From: Octopus vulgaris
Taxonomy: Eukaryota
Length of the DNA stretch: 64,000 nt
Direction of reading: 5' to 3'
Assembly: GCA_951406725.2 (NCBI GenBank)
Contig: OX597817.1
Span: 69,564,001 to 69,628,000, forward strand
The notes under the pieces: model-generated
What the model saw: only the letters and a program-made list of their open reading frames with translations
What the model was told of the DNA's origin: nothing
The model's database searches: none
Shown here: positions 13,666 through 26,750 of the stretch, one piece after another
Layout of the letters: every line of letters starts with the position of its first letter
Numbering within the stretch: position 1 is the stretch's first letter
Translations under genes and position numbers: made by a program

Positions 13666-15298
13666 TGCAATCGTCAGATTTACAATTATTCCAACACATC
13701 TTCAGGTTCTATTTTAAAATATTATATATCTAATTTTACATCCCTAAAAATAAGCAATACAATTAAGCATTAAAGATTAACAATTAAGAATTAAAAAGTA
13801 AGAATAAAAATTATACTTTGTAATATTAAGAATTAAAATTTATAAATTATACATTATAAATATGAATTAGTATATATATATCAATCATGTAAAATCCATT
13901 TCATTCCACAATGGCTACCTCTGAAGAGTGCAAGGTAACATGATTGGACTGTTACCTAACTGTTATAATGTGGATCCTCGCCCACTTGTATGTTATTGTT
14001 GGCACTATAATATTGTTGTCCCCACCATTATGTTGTGGCGGTATTCCATGTCTTATTATCTTTTGCTAGTCTATTGTGCTATCGCTGATAGCTCCACAAG
14101 ACAATGACTTTGAAAAATGTTTACCTTGATGGTAACTCAAACTTGTTTATATCATGTAACTAACACTGACTTCAACTGAGAACTCATACAATAGACCCTA
14201 CTACTATTGACCTTATAATGGCTCTGTCATACCACTTTGTTACATGGGAAGGGGAGTACCATTTTCTCTTGAACTCTAACATTCGACTGAACCCCGAGTG
14301 TGAAACTGATTGATAAGATTGGCTGTGACGGATCTATAATATACTACATTCTGATTAATATACATATATATATATATATATCATCATCATCATCATCATC
14401 AACATCACCCAACATTTAATCTCTGTTTACCATGTTGGCATGGGTTGGATGACTTCACAGGAACTGGTAAGGCCAGGGGGGCCACATCAAGTTCCATAGT
14501 CTCTTTTGGCTTGGTTTCTACAATTGGATGCTCTTCCTAACACCAACCACTTTACAGAGTGTACCGGATGCTTTTTACAACAGGATTGCACTCAATTGCC
14601 ATTTTCCAATTTCACTGAAGGTATTGGTCAGCCTGGGGCTGTTGTAGAAGACACTTGCCCAAAGTGCTGCACAGTAGGATTGAACCTGAGACCACATAGT
14701 TGCAAAGTAAGCTTCTTAACCAGATGTAATATATTTACATTTATTTAAAAGACTGAGGCTGGTTGTGGTAGAATGGTAACCACCACTCTGTTGATCAGTC
14801 ATATGATGCCTGAACACCTGGGATAGCTGCCAGTCTCCAGTGTATCAGAGAAAAAAGGAAAATTAAATTAAAAAATATTACATAATAAAAAAAAATGTTT
14901 CTTACAAAATTTCTGAGTTTTGTAAAATATAATTCATATTGTGAAGCAATAAAAGTTAATAGGATTTGAAAACTTTTCTCTCGTCATCAAATAGACCAAG
15001 AAAGAAGCTGTATTGCTGTATTTAAACAGTTTTCTATCTTTATTTTATTATCTGTTATTATTTTCTTTATTATATGTTTTGAGCCTGTAATGAATAGTGA
15101 GTCAGATAATTGAACAGAATGGTAGCTATGATGGTTTATAATGCAACGTCAGCATTAGCTCGTTAATTACTTAGCTTGAAGAATAGCCACATGAAATCAT
15201 ATGACAAAAGGCAATGGAAAGTTATGAATATGTACTGTTTAAAAGAAACTTGCTTTAAGAGAGGACAGTAAAAATTATGAAAGCTAGAGAGGAATCTT

Positions 15299-15360
15299 CT
15301 ACCAAGCAGGGGCCAGGAATTCATTAGGTTTTTCAACATAATGAAACACAATTTCAATAT
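15299..15360 (-). CDS. Possible terminal coding exon (D)IEIVFHYVEKPNEFLAPAW*, product unknown
   Basis: Acceptor ctttcattacattctgtag, 20 open codons to TAG, unique sequence, AATAAA-type signals downstream near 15040-15070; no homology recognised. Confidence 0.2.
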
Positions 15361-16879
15361 CTACAGAATGTAATGAAAGACTAAGTGGATATTAGTTATT
15401 AATATTTTCATCAGAGGGAATTTATAGAGCTTTCTGCTTACGTCTTTGTCTGTGTGTATTTGTAATGAAACTTCATACACAGTCTAGTATAACCTATAGA
15501 TGGCCAGTCTTTGGAACGCATGTAATTCCTCTCTGTGTATAATGGTGTTTACTCAAAAACTGAACATACATTTCAATTGAAATTGCAGAAGCTCCATTTG
15601 AGATTACAGGTGGTTTCCCTTTGTTAATGAATCTAATGACTGCTATGCTTTCTATAATCATATTATACAATGTATGATATTACTCAATGATATCATAATC
15701 GCATGACAGGAGAAGATGTTTTATAATATCATAATTAAATGCATTCAGGTACTTGTTTAATTAAAATCATATTTAGTCATCGTGTTTAATTTAAAAGTCA
15801 TGTCATCGAAATGAATAACAGAATCTTGGCTTTTTAAATTTCTTTTAAAATTAATCTGAAGAAGTTGGAAGGCGGTACAATGCCCATAAATTTTCTTGGC
15901 TTTCTGTTCCCCAATCTAGTGAAATTGTTATTGCCATTTAATTCTAGGTCAGGCCTGATCAAACAGATGAAAAACAGAGGTACAATGCCCATACTAGAGC
16001 TATTTGCTACATGAATGCAAGGCATGCAATGTATGTCAAAAATATAAAATATACAAATAAAATATAAAAATGAATTGAAATAACAAAACCAATTTTAATA
16101 TAATATCAGCAGTGTCCTTCATTTCCAGTCAGCTGTGAAAACATGTCTGGTCATGAGAAAACATTACCTTACTTGAAAATAGGTAAGGGTTGGTAACAGC
16201 AAGGATATCCAGCCATAGAGGACCTACCTCAGAAAATTTTGTCTGACCCATGCAAGCATGGAAAAGACACTAAATGATGATGATGATGATGATGATGATT
16301 TTTCATTTTCTATAAATAGCAGTTTGAAAGAGGGTACGTTTATGTTATATGTACCCTACTTCACTACTGCAAATATACAGGAGTTCTATACCAACGCCTC
16401 TAGAGTGGTTAGGAAGTGGGTGGAGAAAAAGGCAGGATGAGAGATCTCTTTAGTCTTGTCTTGCAAAGGACTTGATAATTCCTCTAATGCTGGTGCCTTG
16501 GAAACTGCACCCAGTACAAACTGTAAAGTATGATACCTCATTGGTTTCGACTACATACAGCCCCTCTTCAGTAGTTTTTTATGGCAACTATTAAAAGCTT
16601 TAAGAATTCGAACATAATACAACAAAGATATGACATAACTCTCATTGGATTTGAACTATCCACACCTCCATTAGCTATTTATATATTTATTTATTATTGC
16701 TGTTGGTGAGAAATGGTCGTGAAGCAAACTTCATGCCTGAGTGTATGTGTATGTGTATGTGTGTGTCTGAGGACATGTGTATGTGAGTCTCCTTTTCTCC
16801 ACACTGGACCAAAGGTAGACATTAGAACTATGATAATTATGATGATGATGATGACTATTTATAAATCTATATAGGTACA

Positions 16880-17290
16880 GGTATGACTGTGGTAAGAAGC
16901 TTGTTTCTCAACCACATGGCTCTGGGTTCAGTATCACAGCAAGGCGCCTTGTGCAAGTTTCTTCTATTGCAGTCTCAGGCTGATCAAAGCTTTATGAGTG
17001 GATTTGGCAAATGGAAACTGAAAGAAACCTGTCCTATATGTATATATCAATGTGTGTGTGTGTGTGTGTCTTTGTCTCTGTGTTTGTCTCCCTGCCACCT
17101 CCACCACTTAACAACTAGTGCTGGTGTGTTTATGTCCCCATGACTTAGCAGTTAGGCAAAAGAGACCAATAAAGTAAGTAGTAGGCTTAAAAGAAAAATA
17201 AGTACTCTGGTTGAATCATTTGACTAAGAATTCTTCAAGTCAGGGTGCTCCAACATGGCCACAGCCTAATGCATGAAACAAGTAAAACAT
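16880..17290 (+). mobile_element. SINE family A, full length
   Basis: TGTGGTAAGAAGCTTG...GGGTTCAGT head through TGAAACAAGTAAAA tail. Confidence 0.85.
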
Positions 17291-17374
17291 AGAAGATAGA
17301 AGAATATATATATGTATATATATATGTATATATACATGTATGTATGTGAAAATATATATATATATATGTGTGTG

Positions 17375-17405
<31 letters not shown>

Positions 17406-17406
<1 letters not shown>

Positions 17407-17700
17407 GAGGCGCAATGGTCCAGTGGTTAGGGCAGCGGACTGGCATTCGGAGGATTGCGGTTTCGATTCCCAGACCGGGCGTTGTGTGTGTTTATTGAGC
17501 ATAAATACCTAAAAGCTCCACGAGGCTACAGCAGTGGGGTGGGACCCCTGCTGTACTCTTTCTCTCACTCTTTCTTCCTGTTTCTTGTATATATGCTGCG
17601 ATGGACTGGCATCCCATCCAGCTGGGGGTGGGGGAACAAATACGCAACAGAAACCGGGAAACCAGGCCCATGAGCCTGGCTAGGCTTGAAAAGGGCGTAT
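17406..17700 (+). mobile_element. tRNA-derived SINE family D
   Basis: GGAGGCGCAATGGTCCAGTGGTTAGGGCAGCGGACT...GGTTTCGATTCCC head followed by SINE body. Confidence 0.85.
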
Positions 17701-17716
17701 AAATAAAAAAACATTA

Positions 17717-18222
17717 TCTATATATATAAAACTCTAGTTGTGTGAGTGTCTGTCCCCTTCGATTTAGATTCCTAACTCCTCCCACATTTTGCGGTGCAGT
17801 TTAACCAAATTCAGGTATCTTATAGTCGTGATTCATATCGAGCCCGTCTGACTATTAGCGCGCGTCAACGATGAGTCTACGATTTTAAAAATAATTTAAC
17901 ATCATTTTTTATTCCATTTTAATGCATAAAATGCATCGTATGTCGATGGCGGCGGAGTTGGCGTCCACGCTCACAGCTGCACCTGTTTGCTTCTCCCCCT
18001 TCCCTCCCTCGTGAAGCTGTGGGGAAGGGAGTGTAAAGAAATCAACGTCGTAATGCGTTGTGAAGGAGACCAGCGTTCTTTTAGAACAACGACTTCATGG
18101 CTTGAAGACACCAAAACAAAAATGGCTAAGAAAGCCCGAATTTATAAGGGAAGTAACTCTCTAAAAATGCTTATATAGTTATTTCCCTTACAAACCCGAG
18201 CAACGCCGGGCGATACTGCTAG
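17717..18222 (+). mobile_element. Non-autonomous Helitron, 506 bp (copy 1)
   Basis: A|TC 5' end, subterminal hairpin CCCG-AGCAACGC-CGGG, CTAG|T 3' end, no TSD; near-identical copy at 21407-21912. Confidence 0.9.
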
Positions 18223-18238
18223 TATATATATATAGAAA

Positions 18239-18280
<42 letters not shown>

Positions 18281-18679
18281 GAGAGAGGGAGGGAACTTGG
18301 TAGCTGGTGAGATAGACAGACAGAACAGATAGTTCAGGGTTGTACACATTACAAATGCTAGCTAACAATGTTAAGATAGCTGGAACGATGACTAGTTAAG
18401 AAATGCTTTATGTTGTTGATTAATTAATTATGATATTGAATGATGATTAAAGAAAGGAGTAAAGGCACTAAATTAGAGTGAAACAATTAAGCAGATACAT
18501 CCTCCATCCTGTGTTCACTCCATTCTCACTCACCCTCTGTCTTTCTCTTTCTCTCTCACTTTCCTTCTCTCTCTCTCCCTCTCTTTCTTTCTCTCCTTTT
18601 TTTTCAACTCCCATTGTCCATGTTTTGTACTCTGTATTCATTGCTCTGTTCTCTTTACTGTGTCTGTGTAGATATGTGC

Positions 18680-18752
<73 letters not shown>

Positions 18753-19164
18753 AAAGGTTGTGTGCTTGCTTATGTGTGAATTGACGTGCAGATGAAAGAA
18801 TGTGTATAAGTGTTTGTATGTGTATATGTGATTATGTACATGCATGTGTGTATGCATCTATGCATGTGTATGTATGTTTGTATGCTGATGAAGGAATATA
18901 TCTGTGTGTATTTGTGAATGTGTATGTGTGTCTGTGAATATGTATGCATGTATGCTAGTGTATGTAGATCATACAATGCACTTGTGTTTGTGTATAAATA
19001 TAAGCATGTGTGTGTATATGTTTGTGGATGTGTATATATCTGTGAACATATTTGTGTGTGTGGCTGTCTGTCTCTGTATGTATGTGTGTGTGTTGTGTAC
19101 ATGTATGTATGTATATGTGTTTGTGTGTGTATGTACAAAGTATTTTAAGTGGTGTACAGATATT

Positions 19165-19462
19165 GTATATTAAGAAAAAAGAAGCAGTCAGAATTTTGGA
19201 TAATTCTTTATTATCATTTTTGTTCACTTGTTGAATTTGTCAAGACGAAAATCAAAATGATATAAACAAAATGTTTTGTTGTTCATTTATATGAATCTGA
19301 TGCGTTTTTTGTTGTTTTTTAGATGAGGAGAATATCATTTTTTTTTGAAAGGGGAGAAAGAGAGACAGAAAAGCAAAGAGGGAGAATAGATAGAGATAGA
19401 GGTTTCAGGACAATCAAGAAAGAGGAAAAAGAAAATAATAATAATAAAGGGTAAGGAAAGAA

Positions 19463-19494
<32 letters not shown>

Positions 19495-20128
19495 TAGATA
19501 CATAATGAGAGAAAGTGAGAGAGAGGTTTCTTCCAATTTGATGTGGTCAATTCATTGAAATTTCATTACAAAGTACTTTTCTTTTTTACTTACTCCTTTC
19601 TTTTTTCTTCCCATTGTATACCTGTCACCATACCTATCAACAACATTTTCTCACAAGGGTTGGTGACCTTTTGGGATATCATTTTTAGGAAGTAGGATGA
19701 AAAAGATACAAAGAGAGGAGGGTGCAGACATCACTGAAAAATGTAACTGAGTTCAAAGATCAAGATCCTATGAAAATGTATATTCCTTTACATTTGTATA
19801 GTCAAGTCCCATCTTCTGTGTAATTCCATGTTTTTTTCCTTCCACTTTCTTGATTGTCCTTAAACCCCTTTCTCTCTTTCTCTCTCTCTCTCTGTCTATT
19901 CACTCCCTTCTTTGCTTTTCTTCCTCTCTTTCCCCCCTTTTCCAAAAAAATAAACAAAAACAATATTCCTCTCTTCTAAACAAAGCAAAAAAGCTTCCAA
20001 TTGATATAAAAGAACAACGAAACGTTCTATTTTTACCAATTTGATTTTGTCTTGAGGAGTTCGATAAATGAACAATAATGCTAATAAAGAATTATCCAAA
20101 ATTCTGACTGCCTCCTTTTTCTCAATAT
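19165..20128. repeat. About 960-bp imperfect inverted repeat centred near 19646
   Basis: Perfect 30-bp core 19184-19213 vs 20082-20111; arms align over ~270-300 bp; central GTCACCA/TGGTGAC stem shares the same axis. Confidence 0.9.
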
Positions 20129-20139
20129 GTATGTGTGTG

Positions 20140-20200
<61 letters not shown>

Positions 20201-20299
20201 ATATATGTGTTTGCATATATATGTGTGTGTATATATATGTGTTTATGTGTATATATATATGTATATATGTATGTGTATGTATATGCATATGTGTGTATG

Positions 20300-20343
<44 letters not shown>

Positions 20344-20764
20344 ATATATATATGTATGTGTGTGTGTGTATACATATATATGTATATATGTATATGAGTG
20401 TGTGTGTATCCATTTAGTATAGCTGTCAGAAGAAAGAGCACTCAATAGTGTTGTTGAGATTAATGATATTTTAATTTGGTTGAGTCAGCCAATTTCATTT
20501 CTCTCTTCCTTTTCCCTCTTTTCTTTTCACCCACCTTTATTTTTCTTTACATTTTCTTTCTGTTACTCTTCTCCTTTTCTTTCTTTTTCCCTTTTCCCTC
20601 CTGTTTCTCCTCACCATCATACCCTATGAGTAGAAAACTATAACTATATATAAAAACGTGCAAATCTTATCAATTCTCCTGTCAATTTGCTTGAAGATCT
20701 TGTATACTTATAGGTGAAACTCAGGGTAGTAAGAGGTGACATAGCTAAAATATAAATTGTATGC

Positions 20765-20802
<38 letters not shown>

Positions 20803-20972
20803 ATATAAAGAATTAAAGAATTGCAGTGTTGAAGGTGTTTATAAGCCATTTAAGAAACACAAAAAACCGTTAGATTCACTTCAACATTTAAATTTAATTT
20901 GTCAAAATATTTTCGCCAATTTGAGACCGCAACCTGTTCACTGACGAAACTTCGTGCTATATATATATATAT

Positions 20973-21066
<94 letters not shown>

Positions 21067-21406
21067 TGCACAATAGTGATAATAGTGGTATTAGCGATAA
21101 TTACACCAAAGCTGGAAAGTGATTGCTGATGAGAGTAAGGGGTAACCCCCTACCTTTGACCCTCATAGCTGACAGGCGGCATGACTGAAGGAAAACGACA
21201 AAGCTGAAGCTGATGACCTGCACCAAAGGGAGATAATCCCCATTGTTTATTTCTGTATCGTTTTCCTATCCATATTGTAAAGAGGCCTTAGGCCAACAGG
21301 TTTTGGGGTCTGAAGATATGCTATAAAGGTACCCCTCATGGAAAGAAACGCAGGTAACTCTATAAACTGGCTTTCATCAGAATCTATCTATCTATCTATC
21401 TATATA

Positions 21407-21912
21407 TCTATATATATAAAACTCTAGTTGTGTGAGTGTCTGTCCCCTTCGATTTAGATTCCTAACTCCTCCCACATTTTGCGGTGCAGTTTAACCAAAT
21501 TCGGGTATCTTATAGTCGTGATTCATATCAAGCTCGTCTGACTATTAGCGCGCGTCAACGATGAGTCTACGATTTAAAAAATAATTTAACATCATTTTTT
21601 ATTCCATTTTAATGCATAAAATGCATCATGTGTCGATGGCGGCGGAGTTGGCGTCCACGCTCACAGCTGCACCTGTTTGCTTCTCCCCCTTCCCTCCCTC
21701 GTGAAGCTATGGGGAAGGGAGTGTAAAGAAATCAACGTCGTAATGCGTTGTGAAGGAGACCAGCGTTCTTTTAGAACAACGACTTCATGGCTTGAAGACA
21801 CCAAAACAAAAATGGCTAAGAAAGCCCGAATTTATAAGGGAAGTAACTCTCTAAAAATGCTTATATAGTTATTTCCCTTACAAACCCGAGCAACGCCGGG
21901 CGATACCGCTAG
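21407..21912 (+). mobile_element. Non-autonomous Helitron, 506 bp (copy 2)
   Basis: Same termini as copy 1 with only a handful of substitutions. Confidence 0.9.
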
Positions 21913-22149
21913 TATATAATAAAAGAGAATGTGGGATAGTTTATAAGATATTTAGCTGCACCATCTCACGTATGGTTCATTAACATTAGGTGACTTCTAT
22001 TGACATAAAATAAATTACATAATCAGGGCATGTTGCCAAATCATCAATGGCATATAACTTGTATGTTATATTGAGAAAATGTTGATAGAATTAATCATTG
22101 AGGAAATAGCAAAGGGACTATTTAAATTGCACCAGACGAAGTCAGACAT

Positions 22150-22150
22150 A

Positions 22151-22189
<39 letters not shown>

Positions 22190-22575
22190 TGTTTAACGTC
22201 CATTTTCCATACTAGCATGGGTTTGATGGTTCGACTCGGGTCTGAGAAGCCAGGAGGCTGCACCAGGCTCCAGTCTGATCTGGCAGTGTTTCTACAGCTG
22301 AATGCCCTTCCTAACAACAACCACTCTGTGAGTAGTGGGTGCCTTTTATGTGTCATTGGCACAGGGGCCAGAGGAGGCTGGCATTGGCCACGATTGGTTA
22401 GTGCATTTTACGTGCCACCGGCATGGAAGCCAGTCAAGGCAGCACTGGCATCAGCCAGTGCAGATGGTGCTTTTTACATGCCACTGGCACAGGTATCGCA
22501 ACTACAATTTCCCTTTGATTTTCATTTTGATGTTGATGTTAATGTACTAGACTCAATAGGTCTCCTGTAGCACAA
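22150..22575 (-). mobile_element. Family C retroposon abutting an RTE LINE 3' fragment
   Basis: (CAT)n tail then reverse complement of the family C body. Confidence 0.75.
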
Positions 22576-22579
22576 CAGG

Positions 22580-23225
22580 CTTCCCTATGATCCAAGGTAC
22601 TTTTGAATGGGCTGGGGCTGGTTATGCGAAACTGGTGTAGGATACAGCTGTGAACTCACTTTATTTGCCACAGCATATCTCCAGAGGTCTCGGTCTTTCG
22701 TCATTGCCTCTGTGAGGCCCAACATTCGGAGGTCAAGCTTCACCACCTCATCCCATGTCTTCCTGGGCTTACCTTTACTCCAGGGTGGCACTTCTTCACA
22801 CAGCTCTCCACATCCATCCGTAGTACATGACCATACTAGCGCAAACGTCTCTCTTGCATGCCACATCCAATGCTTCTTATGTCCAACATTTCTCTCAGGG
22901 CACTTACACTCTGTCATATGTGCACACTAACATTACACATCCAGCAGATAATGCTAGCTTCATTTCTTTCGAGCCTATGCATGTCCTCCACAGTCACGGC
23001 CCATGTTTCACTGCTGTGAAGCATGGCAGTTCACATACATGCAGCGTACAATCTACCTTTCACTTTGAGCAAGAGGCCCTTTGTCACCAGTAGGGGTAGA
23101 AGCTTTCTAAACTTTGCCCAGGCTATTCTTATTCTAGTGGTAACACTCTCTGAGCATCCACCTCCACTATTAACTTGGTCACCTAGGTAGCGGATGTTAT
23201 CAACTACTTCTAGTTTCTCCACCAG
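22580..23225 (-). mobile_element. RTE-clade LINE, C-terminal reverse-transcriptase fragment (frameshifted)
   Basis: LEVVDNIRYLGDQVNSGGGCSESVTTRIRIAWAKFRKLLPLL..KGRLYAAC and GKPRKTWDEVVKLDLRMLGLTEAMTKDRDLWR are typical RTE thumb and C-terminal motifs. Confidence 0.9.
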
Positions 23226-23575
23226 GAGTATACATATATACATACACATGAATGTATGTATGTGTGTGTGTGTGCATGCATGTGTGTGTGTGTGTGTGTG
23301 TGTCTGTGCTCGTGCTTGTGAGGGTGTCTGTCTGATTTTAGTGGATGTGAGTTTCCACACTTTACGCTAAGAACAGATGTAGTTCAGTGAGTTGATCAGT
23401 AGGAATTGGTAGATTAAATGCCAGACTGGAATAAGTACTAAAGTAGATAATACAATCTACAAAAAACACTTGAATATTGTATCCTTGGTTTATCTACAGT
23501 CCAGAGACTGAAACCAGTAAAAAAATAAGTGCATAAAAATACATATGCATACACACACACACACACACATATATA

Positions 23576-23649
23576 CAGGATGGCCATAACTCGCTTAACC
23601 CATTTTTTATTATTATTTGAAATGGGTAAGCGACTTATGGCCATCCTTG
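23576..23649. mobile_element. Miniature Tc1/mariner-type MITE
   Basis: TA-CAGGATGGCCATAACTCGCTTAACCCATTT ... AAATGGGTAAGCGACTTATGGCCATCCTTG-TA. Confidence 0.75.
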
Positions 23650-23716
23650 TATATATATATATATATTCAGATATATATTCAAATATAAATTAAAAGCAGA
23701 GCAAGCATTGTCGATG

Positions 23717-23749
<33 letters not shown>

Positions 23750-23847
23750 TGTATGTATGTATGTATGTATGTATTAATCTCAGCCTAGCCTAAGCCATAT
23801 GTGTGGATTTCGTAGATGGTAACTGAAATAAATCTGTTGCATGTATC

Positions 23848-23879
<32 letters not shown>

Positions 23880-24573
23880 TTTAACGTGTTTATGTGTATT
23901 TGTGTGTGTGCATGTGTGTAAGTGTGTGTGTGTGTGTGTGCACGCATCATTGTGCCTGGCCCCCAACACAGCTTGACAAATGTGTTGGTGTGTTTATGTC
24001 CCTGTAACTTAAGAGATAGATAAAATAAGTATCAGGCTTATAAAATGAAAATAAGTGCTGGGTTCGATTCACTCGACTAAATTTCTTCAAGGTAGTGGCC
24101 CAGCATTGTTGTAATCTAATGACTGAATCAAGTAAATGAAAAGATAAAAGAAAAACTTACACATTAATAAAAGAAAAAAATACACATTGTCGATGTCATA
24201 AGCATTTATAAACTTCAAGTGAATGTGAAATAATTCCTTCTTTAGAAAGGCGGATCTCAAAGCAGATAAAGTTACAAATAATAGTATGTAAATATTGGTA
24301 TAAAAAATTACTTTGATAGAAAATGTTGAAGGTTGCCTATGGGACTGAAACCCATATCCCCTGTAAGCATGATAGGAGTTCTACCATTGGACCACAGCAA
24401 GCTTTCAAATTTCTTTATCATTATAGGAACCTTGTTCTTGCCAATATGAATTTTATGTTGTTGACTTCATGAGAATTTATAAACTTCAAGGCATGAAGAA
24501 ATATTTTTCTGGAATGGTGGAGCTCAAAGATAGATAGATAGATAGACAGACAAACAGCTAGACAGACTGACAG

Positions 24574-24679
<106 letters not shown>

Positions 24680-25384
24680 TAGCAGAGACAGAGAGAGAAA
24701 TATACTCAGTATATATATATATAAATTTATATACAGGGTGTATTGGGTAAATTTTCACTGTTTCATTCTTTTAATTTCGTGCATGCGCTTTGTTTGCTTT
24801 TGGTTCTGTTGGTTACACATATAGTATGGTCAGTTGGGCACCATCTGTGAGAAAAACAGTACCATGATACAATTCAGTTTACCAGTAATTTGGAAAAGAC
24901 AGGCTGTACTATCGATGTTATCCAAAAGAAAGGCAAACATTGATACCAGTAATGTCACAAGTTATTTCTATAGCTGAGTGAACTGGAACAACATCAAATA
25001 AAGTGTCTTGCTCAAGAACACAACACACAGCCTGGTTTGGAAATTGAACTCACTACCTCATGATTACAAGCCTGATACTCTAACCACTGAGTCATGTGCC
25101 TTCATTGATGTATATATAACACAGTTGATAAATTTCTGTTAAAACTAACTGTTATTGCAGCTTTCCCTTCAAATATTGCACCAACAAAACATTGTTCAGC
25201 TGGCATTTCAATGAACAAACAGGAAAATTAAAAGTAGTAATGGACTCACTGGTGACATTTAGTTATACAAATGAGCATACATAGCATAATTCTTCTCAAT
25301 CAATCAGGTTTCATCACATTTCTATAAATAACCAGGTAGAAATTGTTTTCACGGTGGCAGTTCAGTCACAGTTTCTACTATTCC

Positions 25385-25417
25385 TTATTATCATCATTAT
25401 CATCATCATTATTATTA

Positions 25418-25508
<91 letters not shown>

Positions 25509-25734
25509 CAAGGTGGCAAGCTGCCAGAATCGTTAGCACACCAGGAAAAATGCTTAGTGGCATTTTGTCCATCTTAACATTCTGAGTTCAAATTCGACCG
25601 AGGTCAACTTTGTCTTTTATCCTTTTGGGATCAATAAAAAAAGGATCAGATGAGCACTGGGGTTTGTGTCAGTGACTAACCCCCTCCCCACAAATTTCAG
25701 GCCTTGTGTCTATAGTAGAAAGGATTATTATTAG

Positions 25735-25790
<56 letters not shown>

Positions 25791-25928
25791 GTTATTATTA
25801 TCATTATGAAGGTTGTGTGCTGGCAGAATCATCAGCATGCTGAACAAATTGCTTAGTGGCATTTTGTCTGCCCTTATGTTCTGAGTTCAAATCCAGCAAA
25901 GTTGACTTTGCTTTTTATCCTTTCAGGG
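25385..25928 (+). mobile_element. Two SINE family B copies (25510-25725, 25809-25928) embedded in (ATT)n runs
   Basis: AAGGTGGCAAGCTGCCAGAA heads, GAGTTCAAAT B-box, long (ATT)n flanks. Confidence 0.8.
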
Positions 25929-26034
25929 TGCAGTTGCATGAGAGACCAACAAAACTCCTTGTAACACAAAAGAAGAACTGAAGGTAAGGATTACGGTAGC
26001 ATACATCAACTTTAAAATATATATGTATAATATA

Positions 26035-26701
26035 CAGGGTGTAGTGAATATATTGTCATCTAAAATATGCAAAAATGAAAATAACACTAACATCTCATTT
26101 TAACAGATATATTTACCAAAATTACATAGAAATATCTTGAACTATTAAAGAGTAAAGTTATTCAATAAAATCTCCATTGGCTGTAACTACAGCCTCCAGA
26201 TGACTTCAGAATCTCCTGCAACTCTTCTAGGTGGTCTCTTTGTTTAAGTTGATGAATGCTGCCATAATCCTTGCCTTCAGATCTTCTCAGTGCAATCTGA
26301 GGACATGTACCGAAAGTGATAAATATCCAATGGTGTTTGGAGTGATCACTACTGATGGCCATCTAACTCCCCAGACTGCAGCCCCCTCAATTTATATGTG
26401 TGGGGTGCAGTTGAGTGAGAGACCAATAAAACTCCTCGTAACACCAAAGATGAACTGAAGGCAAGGATTATGGCAGCATTCATCAACTTAAACAAGCAGA
26501 CTGTCCAAAAGAGTTGCAGGAGATTCTGAAGCCATCTGGAGGCCGTGGTTGAAGTCAATGTCGATTTAATTGAATAAATTTACTTTTTGTTATTTCAGGA
26601 TATGTTTATGAAATTTTGGTAAATATATCTGTTAAAATGAGATGTCAGTGTTATTTTCATTTTTGCGTAATTTCAACGATAGTTTTATTCTCTGCACCCT
26701 G
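26035..26701. mobile_element. Tc1-type non-autonomous transposon with long TIRs and transposase remnant
   Basis: TA-CAGGGTG...CACCCTG-TA; inverted arms over 200 bp; 26356-26415 reads WPSNSPDCSPLNLYVWGAVE (WPxxSPDLNPxD/E motif); partial extra copy at 25925-26012. Confidence 0.85.
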
Positions 26702-26719
26702 TACGTATGTACATACATA

Positions 26720-26750
<31 letters not shown>

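Noticed and set aside
17406-17480. tRNA-like sequence
   Set aside because: It continues into a SINE body, the acceptor stem is not closed, and related copies have TSDs; it is a SINE head rather than a tRNA gene
17987-18178. 63-aa ORF present twice with identical translation
   Set aside because: It is internal to a young non-autonomous Helitron and starts at TTG; identity reflects recent transposition
25161-25322. Splice-like signals on both strands (plus-strand ctaac..gcag acceptor; minus-strand 72-nt unit with gtgagt donor)
   Set aside because: The plus frame lacks a good donor and the minus unit has stops in all frames
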